DNA from: Pedosphaera sp.
GTDB taxonomy: Bacteria; Verrucomicrobiota; Verrucomicrobiia; Limisphaerales; SIBH01
DNA: 18,805 nt
Direction of reading: 5' to 3'
Assembly (NCBI GenBank): GCA_031414955.1
Contig: JANOQV010000037.1
Location: 1 to 18,805, forward strand
Of the stretch, positions 16,983-18,805 are shown piece after piece; within the stretch, counting starts at the first letter, position 1; the number at the start of each line of letters is the position of its first letter. A program made the translations under genes and the position numbers. Below the pieces are notes generated by a model. The model was not told where the DNA came from and searched no databases. It worked only from the letters and a program-made list of their open reading frames with translations.

Positions 16983-17732
16983 ATGCCAGCGCCCGAATCA
17001 CCTGAGGAATGCCCGCCGTCGCCGCTGTTCGTGACCACGCGCTGGTCGGTGGTGCTGGCGGCGCAGGATCGCGCCGCGCCCGCCTCGGCGGCGGCGCTCG
17101 AAACACTTTGCGGCGCCTACTGGTATCCGCTCTACGCCTTGGTCCGGCGACAAGGCCATTCACCACATGACGCGCAGGATTTGACCCAGGAGTTTTTTGC
17201 GCGACTGCTGCAAAAGGACTATCTGCGCGCGGCGGCCAGGGAGAAGGGCCGACTGCGCACGTTTCTCGCCGTGGCGCTCAAGCGTTTCCTGGCCAACGAA
17301 TGGGACCGCCTGCGCGCCCAGAAGCGCGGCGGGGGTGTGCCGCTCATCTCCTTCGATGCCACCACCGCCGAGCAGCGATACCAGCAGGAAGGCGCGGACA
17401 CGCTGTCGCCGGATCGCATCTACGAGCGCCAATGGGCCATGACCCTGCTCCAGCAGGCCCTGACGCGTTTGCGCGCGGAGTATGCGGCGGCGAGGAAGGA
17501 GGCGGAGTTCGAGATTCTCAAGAGTGCCTTGACCGCGGATCGCGGCGCGATCCCTTACGGCGACCTTGCCAATTCGCTGAAGACCAGCGAGGGCGCCGCG
17601 CGCGTGGCCGTGCATCGCCTGCGCAAGCGTTTCCGCGAGGTGTTCCGCGCGACCATTGCCGACACGGTGGAGGATGCGGCCGCAGTGGAGGACGAGTTGC
17701 GCTATGTGGCCCGCGTGCTGGGGGAGACATGA
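16983..17732 (+). CDS. ECF-type sigma-70 factor (Ser/Thr kinase-associated type), ECF2, paralog of ECF1
   Basis: Motifs [44 protein letters not shown] and SEGAARVAVHRLRKR. Confidence 0.93.
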   Translation: MPAPESPEECPPSPLFVTTRWSVVLAAQDRAAPASAAALETLCGAYWYPLYALVRRQGHSPHDAQDLTQEFFARLLQKDYLRAAAREKGRLRTFLAVALKRFLANEWDRLRAQKRGGGVPLISFDATTAEQRYQQEGADTLSPDRIYERQWAMTLLQQALTRLRAEYAAARKEAEFEILKSALTADRGAIPYGDLANSLKTSEGAARVAVHRLRKRFREVFRATIADTVEDAAAVEDELRYVARVLGET

Positions 17733-17746
17733 AAGCTGCGATTTCG

Positions 17747-17772
17747 TGTAACAAACTCCGCCGGATGCTTAA
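17747..17772 (+). promoter_or_regulatory. Putative ECF2 promoter copy, TGTAACAA-N11-TGCTTAA, upstream of the wHTH-kinase pair
   Basis: Same motif and spacing as 16948-16973; ends 10 nt before ATG 17783. Confidence 0.78.
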
Positions 17773-17782
17773 GGAGAAGGTA

Positions 17783-18117
17783 ATGAGCACTCTTTCTTCA
17801 GCCAACGAACGGGAACCGCAGGTCGTGATCAGTTTGGACCGGCGGGAGATTCGCCACGGAAACGGATTGCGCCACAAGCTCTCGCGTCTTGAAGCCGACC
17901 TGCTCTCGTGGCTGCTCGGCCGCGCGGGCCGTCCAGTCACGCGGAATGAACTTCTCGCCGGGGTCTGGCGGCTCGACCCGCTGCGCACGGTCACGCGCAC
18001 CGTGGACATGCACATCAGCATGCTGCGTAAAAAGCTCGGCGACGATTCGCGCCGGCCAGCGCTGCTGGTGACGATTCATCGGGTCGGGTACATGATGCAG
18101 CCCGTGCCCGCGATTTC

Positions 18118-18121
<4 letters not shown>
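17783..18121 (+). CDS. Stand-alone OmpR/PhoB-type winged-helix DNA-binding protein (no receiver domain)
   Basis: 112 aa: LSRLEADLLSWLL...GRPVTRNELLAGVW...TRTVDMHISMLRKKLG...LVTIHRVGY matches the Trans_reg_C pattern. AAGGAG precedes the ATG, and the stop overlaps the kinase start (ATGA). Confidence 0.88.

Positions 18122-18805
<684 letters not shown>

Noticed and set aside
17300..17782. N-terminal extension of the wHTH ORF (possible sigma-wHTH frameshift fusion)
   Set aside because: An alternate frame of ECF2; no slippery site seen, and the wHTH gene has its own upstream motif and ATG.

Overview
High-GC bacterial DNA. Gene content and protein style suggest Verrucomicrobiota (Pedosphaerales-like); this is an inference. 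The left ~7.4 kb is mostly housekeeping: a partial M14 metallopeptidase (minus strand, missed by the ORF track), a three-gene envelope cluster (hypothetical, zinc-ribbon protein, PQQ-like beta-propeller), two xylose-isomerase-like TIM barrels, a GreA/GreB-family factor, an RluA-family pseudouridine synthase, an orphan addiction-module antitoxin and trpF. Between trpF and trpB lies an ~8 kb minus-strand cassette: ECF sigma factor -> membrane Hanks-type Ser/Thr kinase (Zn-ribbon, kinase, TM, WD40, Kelch) -> large secreted protein (beta-propeller, Big_2 domain split by a Kelch propeller, Ig, C-terminal RFYR tail). After trpB and a REP-like doublet comes a second, paralogous module: ECF sigma -> stand-alone OmpR-type winged helix -> Ser/Thr kinase (truncated by the window edge). 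Each module carries its own twice-repeated bipartite motif on a shared GTAA-N14-TSCT frame: GTAAGAGTTC-N8-TCCTGTT for module 1 and TGTAACAA-N11-TGCTTAA for module 2. These look like cognate ECF promoters. In module 1 the kinase's distal domain and the putative target protein both carry a six-bladed Kelch propeller, suggesting a matched sensor/output circuit.
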